DNA of 64,000 bases, from the IMG/VR virus record IMGVR_UViG_3300035698_007246, positions 159,880-223,879 of that record, one strand, 5' to 3'. Position 1 is the stretch's first letter; every line of letters starts with the position of its first letter. The position numbers and the translations under genes are program-made. Shown here one piece after another: positions 9,289 to 19,726 of the stretch. The notes beneath the pieces were generated by a model, which was not told the origin of the DNA, searched no databases, and saw only the letters and a list, made by a program, of their open reading frames with translations.

Positions 9289-10185
9289 TTATTTTATATC
9301 CATTTTGTCGAAAAAATCTTCATCTTCTTTTGATGTGTAAACTTTTTCTTCGTTAAACTTTTCACCAGATGATTTTGCCTCTTCAACAGGAGCAACTGCT
9401 TGCCCAACGTTAGGAGTTTGAGCTGCTACTTGTTGTTCAACAGTTTGAGTTGACTGAACAGTAGTAACATTCTTTTCACCCATAACTGCTGCAAATCTTT
9501 TTTGAAGTTCTGCATAAGTTTTAATTTTTGTTGGGTCAATAAATGGTGCCAATGGAAACATATCTTCCAAATCTTTCTCAATATCACACAAAGAACTTAA
9601 TTGTGTAACAGCGTCAGAAAAGTATGAACCAGTATAATCAGGCATATAATGTTTTCCCTTTTTCTCACGTTTAACAACGTAATAGAAATTCATTCCTTTT
9701 TCTGGATGAAATGGGAATTTTTGACGATTAATAACTTCCATTATTTTATCATACACTTGTTTTGGATATCTCAACAAAAATACTTTACCATTGTTAGATG
9801 GAGTTACATCATCTTCAATAATAAGAACATTTGAATAATAATATGTTTTCTTCAACGTATTACGGTCTCTAACGAGCTGTTCATCCTCATCCCACAATCT
9901 ACCATTGTCTTCACAAACAGGACAATCATTACCTAATGTTTTTGGGCAATTATTGATAAACTGACCACCAGGTCCTTTGAACCAGTGAGTATGTGTTTTT
10001 ACATAAGGAATATCGACATCACCTTCAACAGCAGGTAAAAATCTCATTGTAGTTCTTGCACTTCCACCATTTTCACATGGTGATACATAAATACGTTCGT
10101 CTTTCTTAAAAGAACCTTTTTCTTGTTCTTTCATTTTCTTTGATTGGGCCGAAAAATTTGTTTTAAATTTAGGCATTTTCAACAT
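9289..10185 (-). CDS. gp32: Single-stranded DNA-binding protein (T4 gp32-like)
   Basis: RFLPA..HWFKGPGG..NCPKTLG.DCPVC..YYSNVLIIED..NNGKVFL..PDY; acidic C-terminal tail. Confidence 0.9.
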   Translation of the reverse strand: MLKMPKFKTNFSAQSKKMKEQEKGSFKKDERIYVSPCENGGSARTTMRFLPAVEGDVDIPYVKTHTHWFKGPGGQFINNCPKTLGNDCPVCEDNGRLWDEDEQLVRDRNTLKKTYYYSNVLIIEDDVTPSNNGKVFLLRYPKQVYDKIMEVINRQKFPFHPEKGMNFYYVVKREKKGKHYMPDYTGSYFSDAVTQLSSLCDIEKDLEDMFPLAPFIDPTKIKTYAELQKRFAAVMGEKNVTTVQSTQTVEQQVAAQTPNVGQAVAPVEEAKSSGEKFNEEKVYTSKEDEDFFDKMDIK

Positions 10186-10192
10186 CCTCCAA

Positions 10193-10924
10193 TTACTTAA
10201 AAATAATATTTTTATGATTTTTTTTAATTATTTCGCATAATCTCCAAAACTGGAGATAATCGACTGTAACTAAGTTAATATTTTCTGGCTTTCGAGTCAA
10301 GAGTTTTTTAGAAAAATATAAATAAAAATTTGGATGTATGTATTTTTTCTTAATTAAATTAAAAACAATGCTTTCACCGTCTGAATTAATCTTAAAAAAA
10401 TCTCTAATTTTCAAATCTAATTTTTGATTAATATTAAGAATAAATTGTTTATCCAATTCTAATTGTTTTTCAGAATATAATTTTAAGATTTTTTTGATTG
10501 ATGTGCGATTTAATTTGGAGATGTCAACGAGGTAATCCTCTTCAAATAATGCTTCGTGTATATAACATAAAATAAGTTGGGAATGGTCATAAAAACCATT
10601 CTCTATTTCATTATATATACGACTGACTGCACTCTTGAAAGCCGAACGACTCCTATTCAAACCAAATACATGAATCTTCTTATAAATCTTTTCAAGGTCA
10701 AAAAATTCTGAACTAATTTTTTCTAATTGTTCGTTTCTTGTTTTTATTTTTCCAGTGAGAGCTTTCCGTTCTTTCCTTATTCGTGGAGTGCTCATCTTCT
10801 CTATATATTTATACAAATTCTTCTCAAAATCAGTCTTTTCTCGACCAATTTTTTTCATACCATATATATTTTTTTCTAAATTTCTAATGATAGAATATAT
10901 TAAAAGAGAAGAGTTTTTTAACAC
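10193..10924 (-). CDS. Hypothetical basic protein; position suggests a gp59-like helicase loader
   Basis: Position matches the T4 order 33-59-32; no diagnostic motif recognised. Confidence 0.4.
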   Translation of the reverse strand: MLKNSSLLIYSIIRNLEKNIYGMKKIGREKTDFEKNLYKYIEKMSTPRIRKERKALTGKIKTRNEQLEKISSEFFDLEKIYKKIHVFGLNRSRSAFKSAVSRIYNEIENGFYDHSQLILCYIHEALFEEDYLVDISKLNRTSIKKILKLYSEKQLELDKQFILNINQKLDLKIRDFFKINSDGESIVFNLIKKKYIHPNFYLYFSKKLLTRKPENINLVTVDYLQFWRLCEIIKKNHKNIIFK

Positions 10925-11325
10925 AATATTTTCTCCAAAATAGTTGTTTCGATTTCAATATTATATTTTTCTGCTAATTCATTTTTGATAATCCATCTGT
11001 TGTCGTTATCAAGAAAATAAAGTACCTTTTTTATGCGGGTAAATTCTTCAAGGAAGAGAACAATATCACTTATCAAAATACCATGTGATTTTTTAATACG
11101 TCTTAATACAATATTCACAGTATTCTGCATTTCTGTTGTGTAAAGTTCCCCTTCAAAAATATTCTTCAACACATCATAGGGTAATTCATATGATTCTAAC
11201 AATTTGAAAAAGTCAGTCTTTTCAATATCATTAATCAAATTATCTTCCGACTTGGAATTATCAACAATTTCTTTTGTAACAGCGTCCATTTTGTCTGACA
11301 TTATTTTATCCTTATTCCCATTCAA
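10918..11325 (-). CDS. Hypothetical protein, possibly a gp33-like late transcription coactivator
   Basis: Size, acidity and position; weak resemblance only. Confidence 0.4.
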   Translation of the reverse strand: MNGNKDKIMSDKMDAVTKEIVDNSKSEDNLINDIEKTDFFKLLESYELPYDVLKNIFEGELYTTEMQNTVNIVLRRIKKSHGILISDIVLFLEEFTRIKKVLYFLDNDNRWIIKNELAEKYNIEIETTILEKILC

Positions 11326-12718
11326 TTACAGTTTGTTCTTGAGCGTCAACATCATTATCAACAATATTGTTCACCATCGAAATGGCGTCAGAAGCAGTTT
11401 GGTTCAATTCTTTTTGTGTTGGAGGTAATTTACCACCAAATTGTAATTGAACAAGTGCGTCTTTATCATCAAAAACTCTCATTTTTTCATAATTAACATT
11501 AACAGTTATACTTTTTTTATTTTGTCCTTGTCTGTTTTTTAATATTGACCAAACAAATTTCCCTGCTGTTCTCATCTCTTCTGATTGAGTAATAGCAACA
11601 ACAACATCAGCGGTCTGAACAAATCCTAATGAGTCACCAGTATTTGTTAAGTCAATCTCTGCTGCTCCAAACCCATCTCTGTTAGTTTGAATAGCCGATA
11701 CAATAGGAACATTGAAATCAGTTGCAACACCACGAACTTCTTGAGTAACTTTACCCATTTCGCTGTATGTGTTATCTGACTTTGTTCTATGAACACTATT
11801 CATATTTCCAATTTGGTCAAGATATATAATATCAGGAACAAATTTCTTTTTCATCTCTAATTCTTTTAACAAACTCCGTACATCATTAGCATTGATACCT
11901 TTTGCCGGGTATTCTTTTATGATTAATTTATTTGGAAGACTTTCTTTCAATTTACTAATCTTCATTTTAAACATATCTTCGGAAATAACTTTTAAATCAT
12001 CCATAGGCATGTCAAAAAGATTTGCTAACATTCTTTCAGCAGTATTATTTTCAGATAACTCACAAGAAATGTATAATACATTCTTATTTGCCAATACATT
12101 ACCAACCGCCAACGATGACATCACTAATGATTTTCCCATATTTGTTTCAGCCATAAACAGCAACAGCGTTTTGGCAAAACACCCACCACCAATTTGTTTA
12201 TTCAATTGTTCGATGTTAGTTGGAACAATATGTTTGTTTTCATGGAAATATTCAAACATTCTGTCACCAGATTCAAACAAATTCAATCCAACATCATTAT
12301 CAAATGAAAACGCAACGGCTTCCCTTAGTTGGTCAGGCGTTTTATTTATTTTGTCTTCATCATCCCCATCAATCATCACCATTGTGTCACAACAAACATT
12401 CGAAATCATTTTTTTCTTGATAAACGATTCAAGATTATCAAATAAAAATTCATCATCATATTTATCAGAGTCTAAATTCATCACGGTATCTTTTAAATGT
12501 TCCCGTGGTTCCATTTCCAATTGTAATAACGATTCATGTGCTTTAGGAAAAGTATCATACTTCTCCATAAACTTCTGCATATGCATTACAATTTTTCTGT
12601 TTTCATCTCTATCAAAAAACCTAACATCAAGGAAAGGTACTATCCTTTCCCTGACATTGGTCTTTGTATAGAGAAACTTTATCATTAAATCTTCATAAAA
12701 AAGATGATTTTCAGACAC
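11312..12718 (-). CDS. gp41: Replicative DnaB-like helicase (T4 gp41)
   Basis: Walker A AETNMGKS, YISCEL, IIKEYP, IYLDQ, SAIQTNR, LKNR. Confidence 0.92.
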   Translation of the reverse strand: MSENHLFYEDLMIKFLYTKTNVRERIVPFLDVRFFDRDENRKIVMHMQKFMEKYDTFPKAHESLLQLEMEPREHLKDTVMNLDSDKYDDEFLFDNLESFIKKKMISNVCCDTMVMIDGDDEDKINKTPDQLREAVAFSFDNDVGLNLFESGDRMFEYFHENKHIVPTNIEQLNKQIGGGCFAKTLLLFMAETNMGKSLVMSSLAVGNVLANKNVLYISCELSENNTAERMLANLFDMPMDDLKVISEDMFKMKISKLKESLPNKLIIKEYPAKGINANDVRSLLKELEMKKKFVPDIIYLDQIGNMNSVHRTKSDNTYSEMGKVTQEVRGVATDFNVPIVSAIQTNRDGFGAAEIDLTNTGDSLGFVQTADVVVAITQSEEMRTAGKFVWSILKNRQGQNKKSITVNVNYEKMRVFDDKDALVQLQFGGKLPPTQKELNQTASDAISMVNNIVDNDVDAQEQTVIEWE

Positions 12719-12727
12719 ACTTTCTCC

Positions 12728-13807
12728 TTACATCATTATTGCGTCAAGGTCTTCTTGTTCCTTTAAGATATCAGTTGATACATCAAAAGTATATTCATTT
12801 TCGAAAAACTTTTTAATGTCTGTCTCAAGGAATACGGGTTTCCAAAACGCTGAGTTATAAATCTCAGATTCTTTAACGAACTTATCACCTTCAATATGTG
12901 CTCGTCTATAACCTTTACTCTTTCCAGCCATACCTTCAACAATATAACCACCAGCGATTGCGTCTGCCAAAATACCATAGTAAGGGTCAAGTCCACCACT
13001 GTGTTTTATTCTAAACTTCAGTTTCTTCATTTCCTTACAATATCTTGACTTATGAGTACGAGCAGTTATAATATGTCCAGCAATCTCATCATTTTCTTTG
13101 TCTTTAGCTCTTGTCATACCAAGCAATACACAATCACAGTTAAACATAATCTTACGTCCACCCGGAATAGATAATGCGTCACCAAATCCACCAATGTTAT
13201 CATAAACATGGTTTACGATGAACCAAGTACCTCGTGTACTAAGAATAATGTTTGCCAATTTATTCTTTTTCTTGGCTTCTGTCATATCCAATACATCTTT
13301 ACCCTTTAATCCATCACCAATAGTTTTTGAGGTAATCAACGTACCCCATGAATCCATAACAACAAAAGTGTTCTTCCTTTCTTCTTTTGTCATAGGTTCA
13401 AAAATATTCAAGATGAAAGTTATTAAGTCTTCAATTCCACTTTCTTGGAAAACATATAACTTATTCGGGCTTGTATCAATTCCTAAAGAATCAGCCATAG
13501 TCTCACTAAAAGCACGTTCAGTGTCAATTATCATTACCTGCATACCTTTCTTTTGAGCATTTTTAATAGCAGACATTGCTATAAAAGTTTTACCCAACAT
13601 ACTCGGTGCAGACATCATTGACATTTTACCAATCGGGATACCACCATCAACTCTACCACTAAGCAGAAGGTTGATAGCCATCACATTTGTTGAAATGAAA
13701 TCTGGAATAGTATCTTCATTTTTAATATCAAGATAACACACCTCCATCATTTCTTTAATCTTTTTGTCCTTCTTAGCCAATTCTAAGATACTTTTTCTTG
13801 TTGCCAT
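12728..13807 (-). CDS. uvsX: RecA-like recombinase UvsX
   Basis: APSMLGKT, IDTERA, MDSWG, NHVY, PGG. Confidence 0.9.
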   Translation of the reverse strand: MATRKSILELAKKDKKIKEMMEVCYLDIKNEDTIPDFISTNVMAINLLLSGRVDGGIPIGKMSMMSAPSMLGKTFIAMSAIKNAQKKGMQVMIIDTERAFSETMADSLGIDTSPNKLYVFQESGIEDLITFILNIFEPMTKEERKNTFVVMDSWGTLITSKTIGDGLKGKDVLDMTEAKKKNKLANIILSTRGTWFIVNHVYDNIGGFGDALSIPGGRKIMFNCDCVLLGMTRAKDKENDEIAGHIITARTHKSRYCKEMKKLKFRIKHSGGLDPYYGILADAIAGGYIVEGMAGKSKGYRRAHIEGDKFVKESEIYNSAFWKPVFLETDIKKFFENEYTFDVSTDILKEQEDLDAIMM

Positions 13808-13819
13808 TGTTTTTTTCTC

Positions 13820-16465
13820 CTACGAAAAATCAATAAAATCACTGGCACATGTAGTATCCACTTCAACCTCTCCCCAATCAATAACATCATAAAAACGTTG
13901 CAGAACTTCTTTGAACTGTTTTTGCCATTGAGCCTCATAATCAATTTGGAAAATATCATTGAATTCTTTGGGATATTTCCCAATATATCCAATAACTAAT
14001 GCACCAATTTCATTATTCGGATTAACATAAACTAATTTAATGTCGGTTCCGTCTCCAACTGTCTCTAATTCCAAATCATACTTTCCAACCAAATAGTTAT
14101 AATTCACCGAAGCCTTCACATGTTGAGGGCAATGTGGTGGAAAAACTATTTGTTCTTCAGCAATAAACTTACCAATGTTGAATTCATATTTCGAGAAACT
14201 CTTCACTGATACATTCTTAGAGATGTCTTCTACCCCAGCTTCATAAAAATCATCATAAATCCCACCTAATTGATTTGTTATTTTAGTACGGTCTTTATTG
14301 ACCATAATATCAACCATTAAGGTTTCGAGATGAATCTTACAAAAAGTTGGTGTTGTGGTTTTAACTGTTTCAATACCCGTGATTGATAGTTTGGGTTTAT
14401 CAGTATACAATGTACCGTCTTTATATGCAATTTGTCCTTCATCATCAATAACTAAATCAGCATACTTTTTCTTAGCTAATGTTAGCTTTTTAATAATTAT
14501 TTTTTCACGTTTAAAATTAATCATCTGCTTAATACCAAAAGTGTCAGCATAATTATTTAGAATCTTACTAAAAAATGGTTTGAAAAATCTCTTATCCAAA
14601 TCATTAGCAAATTGTCTAAATTCTTCATTATTATTAAACGTAATTCCCATGTTCTTTATGACTTCATTCAAACAGATGTAATTTGAATCAGTATCGACAA
14701 GAACAACAACATCTTCCTTCACAGGTTCTATAATCTTACCTTTAAGTTCTGGATAATAATTTTTTGCCACCATATGCCACACACTCTTCATATAATTGTT
14801 AATCATGTCAGATAAGAACTTAATAAGATGCCTACCACCAATAGTGATTGCCATAGCATTGTGTATATTATAAAACGCAAAATGTGGATTACCCAACACA
14901 CCATACATCGAGTTGATAAGAATTTTCATAACCAACTGTTGACTATCATAATAAGCAGAAGAAAACCCCTCTTCTTTTATCTCATTCATCATTGATTGTA
15001 CAAAATCAAGAGGAAGAGAAATGTTTTCAGAAATTTCATCTACAGTATTACTATTCTCCATACCATAAGCAACTTTAGACTTCTGTTTATTATATTTTCT
15101 TTTATTAAATATTTCTTCAACTATTTCAGGTAAGATACCTTTCTTGTCTTGACGGTAGTAAATACCAGAAACTTCGAAATGTCCATTTGGTGTATCACAC
15201 TCGTAAAATATAGACGCTGGTGTTTTAATCAATCCAGTTATATCAGACGGATTAAACACTAAAGTTTCTGGTGAAATATTGTATTGCATTATAATCATTG
15301 GATATTCAGATTCAACATCAAACGACATAAGATATTCAAATAACCCAGGCATTGCATACACATACGCTCCCGGATACAACTCTTTATGAGTTCCAAGAGG
15401 GTCTGGAAACATAATATTCTTTCGATGTAAATACCGAACAAAATATCCTGTAACCAATGCAATTGTTGAATATATTCTATCAAACGGTATTAATGCCTGA
15501 TAACAAAAATTTATAATTAAAGGAATAAATTTCTTTTTATCTTCAATATTTTTTGTTGAATCAACATCTTGAACATTATATTCAACATATCTATTCCAGT
15601 TTGTTTTATAAACGTGATTAATCTGTCCACCAAGGTCTAACTTACCTTCCCCAGTTTCTATTGTCGCAATGGTGCCTAATTTATAATTTACTCGTTTCTT
15701 ATAAGTAAATTTACGATAAGACTCAACACCATCAAGAATAGATATCCCACAAATATCATAAACATTCTTTGAATTACCAAACTTATCTTTTATTGTTCTT
15801 GGTTTATATTCATTAATAGGAGACATTGAAATTTCAATTTCATGTTTATAACATCTATTAATAATATAAGGCATATCAAACAATTTGATATTCCATCCAG
15901 TAACAATATCAACACGTCTTTTTCTGAAATCAAGAATGAATTTTTCCAACATTCTTTTTTCATCCGGTATATAATGATACTCCTTCACATTTTCACTATT
16001 ACCAGTGTACTCTTTTGTACCATATGTAATCATTTCACCAGTTTTCGAATAATAAACCGAAATACAGTTGATTTCATACGGCACAATTTCCGCAATATTT
16101 GAAGGGAATGTTTTCCCCGACTTTAATTCAATATCGAGAGTCGCTATTTGAAAATCATCAATGGTCACAGACAATTTTTTATTTCCATAACGCTTTTGTA
16201 AAAACTTTAAGTCTTCACCGAGTGACGCTTCACATGATTTCGTATTCGACATAGACAAAAAATCTTTCATTGCCTTTCTCGTTTTAGAAACCTGAAGTCT
16301 CACTGGGTTACCCCAAATGTCTTTTTTGTCAGACTCACCTGTGGTATCTGGCACATAGTACTCAATATCGGGTTTTGTTTTGATTGTTTTAGTCTTACCA
16401 TCCACAGTTTCCCAAAGATGAATAGTATTACTATAATTATCATAATATATTCTACGAAACCCCAT
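13820..16465 (-). CDS. gp43: Family B DNA polymerase (T4 gp43-like)
   Basis: Exonuclease DIE, GWNIKLFD, YNVQD; polymerase DVESEYP, KILINSMYG, DTDS, KKKYA, GIETVK. Confidence 0.95.
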   Translation of the reverse strand: MGFRRIYYDNYSNTIHLWETVDGKTKTIKTKPDIEYYVPDTTGESDKKDIWGNPVRLQVSKTRKAMKDFLSMSNTKSCEASLGEDLKFLQKRYGNKKLSVTIDDFQIATLDIELKSGKTFPSNIAEIVPYEINCISVYYSKTGEMITYGTKEYTGNSENVKEYHYIPDEKRMLEKFILDFRKRRVDIVTGWNIKLFDMPYIINRCYKHEIEISMSPINEYKPRTIKDKFGNSKNVYDICGISILDGVESYRKFTYKKRVNYKLGTIATIETGEGKLDLGGQINHVYKTNWNRYVEYNVQDVDSTKNIEDKKKFIPLIINFCYQALIPFDRIYSTIALVTGYFVRYLHRKNIMFPDPLGTHKELYPGAYVYAMPGLFEYLMSFDVESEYPMIIMQYNISPETLVFNPSDITGLIKTPASIFYECDTPNGHFEVSGIYYRQDKKGILPEIVEEIFNKRKYNKQKSKVAYGMENSNTVDEISENISLPLDFVQSMMNEIKEEGFSSAYYDSQQLVMKILINSMYGVLGNPHFAFYNIHNAMAITIGGRHLIKFLSDMINNYMKSVWHMVAKNYYPELKGKIIEPVKEDVVVLVDTDSNYICLNEVIKNMGITFNNNEEFRQFANDLDKRFFKPFFSKILNNYADTFGIKQMINFKREKIIIKKLTLAKKKYADLVIDDEGQIAYKDGTLYTDKPKLSITGIETVKTTTPTFCKIHLETLMVDIMVNKDRTKITNQLGGIYDDFYEAGVEDISKNVSVKSFSKYEFNIGKFIAEEQIVFPPHCPQHVKASVNYNYLVGKYDLELETVGDGTDIKLVYVNPNNEIGALVIGYIGKYPKEFNDIFQIDYEAQWQKQFKEVLQRFYDVIDWGEVEVDTTCASDFIDFS

Positions 16466-16485
16466 TGTTTCTCCTAAAATGTTTC

Positions 16486-17394
16486 TTAATCTTTTCTTAT
16501 TGTTTCATAATTCGAATGCAAATATTCTTCCAGAGTATCCATTTTTCTTGTGAATTCGTCCATAGTTTTTACAAACAAACCAGCACTCTTAGGGTGTCCA
16601 CCACCCCATCCAAAATCTTCAAGTATTTGACCTATGTCAATAGAATCATTAGATGTTCTGAGAGAACATCGACCTTTTGTTGGGCTTTTTATCACCACCA
16701 AATCATATCCAACCTCCTTTATCAAGTTATCAGCAACTTCATTAATAAACTTATCTTCATAAATAACACATGCATTTATCGTGTCTAAATTATAGACATC
16801 CATGTCTTCATATGTTTTTAAAAAGTCTAAATGTAATTCTTCAAGGAATTTTGTCTCTTCAGGTGTGAATTGTGTTCGACCATCAATAAATGCTTCTCTA
16901 AATTCGGTCGGTCGGTAATGATAAAACATCAAATCATTCATCATCTTACTTTCAGGGTGTTCCAATATCCACATATCATAATCATTGATATATGTCACCA
17001 ATTTGTCAAGATGGGGGAGTTTGATATTATATAGTTTTTCAACATAAAATTTTACGAGGGATGTAGCACACACACCTTTATCAGACACAACAAATCTATT
17101 CTTTTTTGGATTATTGAATTCTGATGGATGATGGTCAATCAAAATTATCTTTTCACTTATATCAAGATATCTTTTTTCCGTTGGATGTATATCAGTCATT
17201 ATAACATAATCGTATTCGTCAAAATTAATTTCCTCCATTCTTTTATCCAAATTATAGAAAGAGGCAAATATATAGGTGATATTTTTAAAAACATTACCCA
17301 ATACAATACTACACCCACACCCATCAAGGTCAACATGTGTGACGTTTAAAATCTTCGAATCCAACGGTATTTTTATCATTTCAACATTCTCCAT
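16486..17394 (-). CDS. DHH/DHHA1 phosphoesterase (start may be 17379)
   Basis: THVDLDG, MTD, IDHH, GGGHPKSAG. Confidence 0.88.
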   Translation of the reverse strand: MENVEMIKIPLDSKILNVTHVDLDGCGCSIVLGNVFKNITYIFASFYNLDKRMEEINFDEYDYVIMTDIHPTEKRYLDISEKIILIDHHPSEFNNPKKNRFVVSDKGVCATSLVKFYVEKLYNIKLPHLDKLVTYINDYDMWILEHPESKMMNDLMFYHYRPTEFREAFIDGRTQFTPEETKFLEELHLDFLKTYEDMDVYNLDTINACVIYEDKFINEVADNLIKEVGYDLVVIKSPTKGRCSLRTSNDSIDIGQILEDFGWGGGHPKSAGLFVKTMDEFTRKMDTLEEYLHSNYETIRKD

Positions 17395-17433
17395 TTTTTA
17401 AAGTACTTGAAAATTTTTCAAGTACTTTAAAAA
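17395..17433. promoter_or_regulatory. 39-bp perfect palindrome (19-bp arms) in the leader of the replication operon; candidate operator
   Basis: TTTTTAAAGTACTTGAAAA-T-TTTTCAAGTACTTTAAAAA. Confidence 0.6.
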
Positions 17434-17461
17434 GTTCACATTCTGTAAATTCATTTATCCC

Positions 17462-17490
17462 AATATGATAAATTCTGGTTAGGTTGTCAA
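17462..17490 (-). promoter_or_regulatory. Sigma70-type early promoter for the DHH-polymerase-helicase operon
   Basis: TTGACA-17 nt-CATATT; context AAAACTATTGAC...ATTTAT(C/T)ATATT shared with the promoter at 24774-24801. Confidence 0.65.
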
Positions 17491-17499
17491 TAGTTTTGT

Positions 17500-18708
17500 T
17501 TATAAAATCTTCATCAACATATCAACATAACCCGGAGATTCAGTGTACCAATGTGATTTAACCATTTGATGATACTGAGCTTCACGTATTTTATTAAACT
17601 CATCAGGTTCACACAATTTATCAAATAGTTTATCAATTTCAGGCAATGTGATATTATCTGGAGTTTTAATTTTACACACATCATACGGTGATTGTTCACC
17701 ATTTGTGAAATATGTTCCAATCCCAACTGCACCAACTGCACAATACTCTTGATACTTGATACATGATTTTGAATAATTAAAAAAGTTAGGAACCAACGGT
17801 GAAATTCCAAAATGAGGATTCACATTAATAACAGCCAAATGATATTGATAAGAATTCAACCAAGGAATTACAGTAATTTTATCCTTAATCGGTCGAAAGA
17901 AAAATGGTAATCCGCCCATTTGATAAAAATCAATTTTACCTTTCCTCACATTTTCAATAACCCAACCCTTCCATGCATTGTCCATATCCCCAGCAAGTTC
18001 TTTTTGGTCGTGCCAATGTGTCGGGGACGCTGACCATAGAACTCTCGGTTTCTCAATACGTTCAGTTATAGGTGGTTTTTTGGCACTTCCCCAAAAAGCC
18101 TGAGACACAGTATTATGCACAACACGTATTTTATCCTTATCAATCCCCTTGGAGACTATATAGTCCCCTAAAAACTTCGTAGAGACACAAACGATGTCCA
18201 TCATCTTCATTATCTCTATGGACGCTCTCTGGACTTCTGGTGAGATTGTATTCTTTCCAAAGTTATATTCTGGGATTTCTTCACCCTCAGCTGAACCATC
18301 CCATATAAAATCGTCAACATCGTAGATAAGTTTAAATTTATGTTTTTTTTGAAGCTCTTTATATTGAGCAACCATTGGTATTTGCTGAGGTGCCATAGTT
18401 CTTTGAAACCATATAGAACGTGTTTTTTGTAATATATGTTGGTCATATATAAACATTCCTGGTGGACATATAAATGCATTAAATCTTCCTGATTTTCCAA
18501 ATACTGAATTTAAATAATTCATAGGAAAAGCGGTCCTAATATAGCCACATCCCGTGTCATCCGATTTGTAAGCTAATACGATATTTTTTTGAACCCTCGA
18601 TATTGCTGTATTTTTTTGACTAATGTTATTAAAACCAACATTCGGTTTATTAATCATTTCTTCAAATTTTTCTTTATCCGATGTTGGCAAAGTGCTAATA
18701 TTACTCAT
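17500..18708 (-). CDS. Glycosyltransferase (GT-B-like)
   Basis: DDTGCGYIR..PM, IYDVDD, VCVSTKFL, GISPL..FNYSKSCIKYQEY. Confidence 0.75.
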   Translation of the reverse strand: MSNISTLPTSDKEKFEEMINKPNVGFNNISQKNTAISRVQKNIVLAYKSDDTGCGYIRTAFPMNYLNSVFGKSGRFNAFICPPGMFIYDQHILQKTRSIWFQRTMAPQQIPMVAQYKELQKKHKFKLIYDVDDFIWDGSAEGEEIPEYNFGKNTISPEVQRASIEIMKMMDIVCVSTKFLGDYIVSKGIDKDKIRVVHNTVSQAFWGSAKKPPITERIEKPRVLWSASPTHWHDQKELAGDMDNAWKGWVIENVRKGKIDFYQMGGLPFFFRPIKDKITVIPWLNSYQYHLAVINVNPHFGISPLVPNFFNYSKSCIKYQEYCAVGAVGIGTYFTNGEQSPYDVCKIKTPDNITLPEIDKLFDKLCEPDEFNKIREAQYHQMVKSHWYTESPGYVDMLMKIL

Positions 18709-18718
18709 TCAATTCTCC

Positions 18719-19363
18719 TTATTTCAATTTTCTTGTGATTTTCCAACCTTTATATAACCTATTATATATTATTGACGCATACACACTACTCGGTTTTAAA
18801 TTATATTGTTTACTAAATATTTGATAACTATCAATATTATCAAATATAATACCATCTGGATTTACAAACATATAAATATATTTAGAATTTGGATTGTTTT
18901 TACCTTTTATTTTAAATCCTTTTCCATACTTAGGATTTTTAATACCTTTTGATAATCCATTCTTTTTTCTAACATCACTCAATTTTTTCTTTTGTTTTTC
19001 TGACCAGTTATTGCCATAATTAGGATTCTTTTCACCTTTAATATTTTCTGAACGTGTTTTTCGTCTTTCATCTACCCAAACACCACGCTTCCCTTTAAAT
19101 CCCCCACCAGAACGTATATTATATCCAATAGATTTATCAGTAGCACTTAATTCAGCAATCCAGAATATTTCTTTTTCACAGACATCACCTGAAGTACAAC
19201 ATTCAAGAACTTTCCTAACAAAATTCTCTTTATCATATTTAGCAATCGAACGTTTTAGAATTTTTCCAGAACCCAAATATCCATCATTTGCCGAAGAACA
19301 ATGTTGTCCAACATAAATCTTATTATTAATTAAATTTGTAGTTTTGTAAATTATGTAACACAT
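18719..19363 (-). CDS. Free-standing GIY-YIG homing endonuclease (Seg-like) with NUMOD3 repeats
   Basis: IIYKTTNLINNKIYVGQH..YLGSG..KYDKENF..E..GYNI; GEKNPNYG repeats. Confidence 0.9.
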   Translation of the reverse strand: MCYIIYKTTNLINNKIYVGQHCSSANDGYLGSGKILKRSIAKYDKENFVRKVLECCTSGDVCEKEIFWIAELSATDKSIGYNIRSGGGFKGKRGVWVDERRKTRSENIKGEKNPNYGNNWSEKQKKKLSDVRKKNGLSKGIKNPKYGKGFKIKGKNNPNSKYIYMFVNPDGIIFDNIDSYQIFSKQYNLKPSSVYASIIYNRLYKGWKITRKLK

Positions 19364-19478
19364 ATAGAAGTAACCCCCAATTAAGTTTTAAAAATGAGAG
19401 ATGATGGAATAATCTTTGAATTGGCAAAGAAACAGTTTCGAATTCTGCTGTCTTCCATTCACCCTATATGTATTTATA
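19364..19478 (-). ncRNA. Structured cis-regulatory RNA leader, copy D (with late promoter)
   Basis: TATAAATA...ATGGAA-GACA-GCAG[aattcgaaa]CTGT-T-TCTTTG[CCAATT]CAAAGA-TTA-TTCCAT...AATTGGGGG...ATG. Confidence 0.75.
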
Positions 19479-19491
19479 CAAATTCCAATTT

Positions 19492-19725
19492 TTATTTTCC
19501 ATACTTTTCAAACCAATCAATATCTTCTTTTCGTGGTTCATATAATTTATTAGTAATCTCCAAACCCTCTTCTAAATTTGCATACACAGTCCACGCAGTA
19601 AGAAAAGTTTCCATACACATTCCAACTTCATCACATAATATTTTGGCAAAATCTTGTGCCTTTTTAGGAAGTTCAGATATTTTTATAAACATCATTTCTT
19701 GACCTCTTTCAAATGCAGTTTTCAT
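19492..19725 (-). CDS. Hypothetical protein
   Basis: Small ORF with GGGGG Shine-Dalgarno-like site. Confidence 0.55.
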   Translation of the reverse strand: MKTAFERGQEMMFIKISELPKKAQDFAKILCDEVGMCMETFLTAWTVYANLEEGLEITNKLYEPRKEDIDWFEKYGK

Positions 19726-19726
19726 A

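Noticed and set aside
11892-12671. Long antisense ORFs (for example 11892-12671 +, 39085-39798 -, 1014-1475 +)
   Set aside because: They are shadows of well-supported genes on the opposite strand, with no SD or recognisable motifs.
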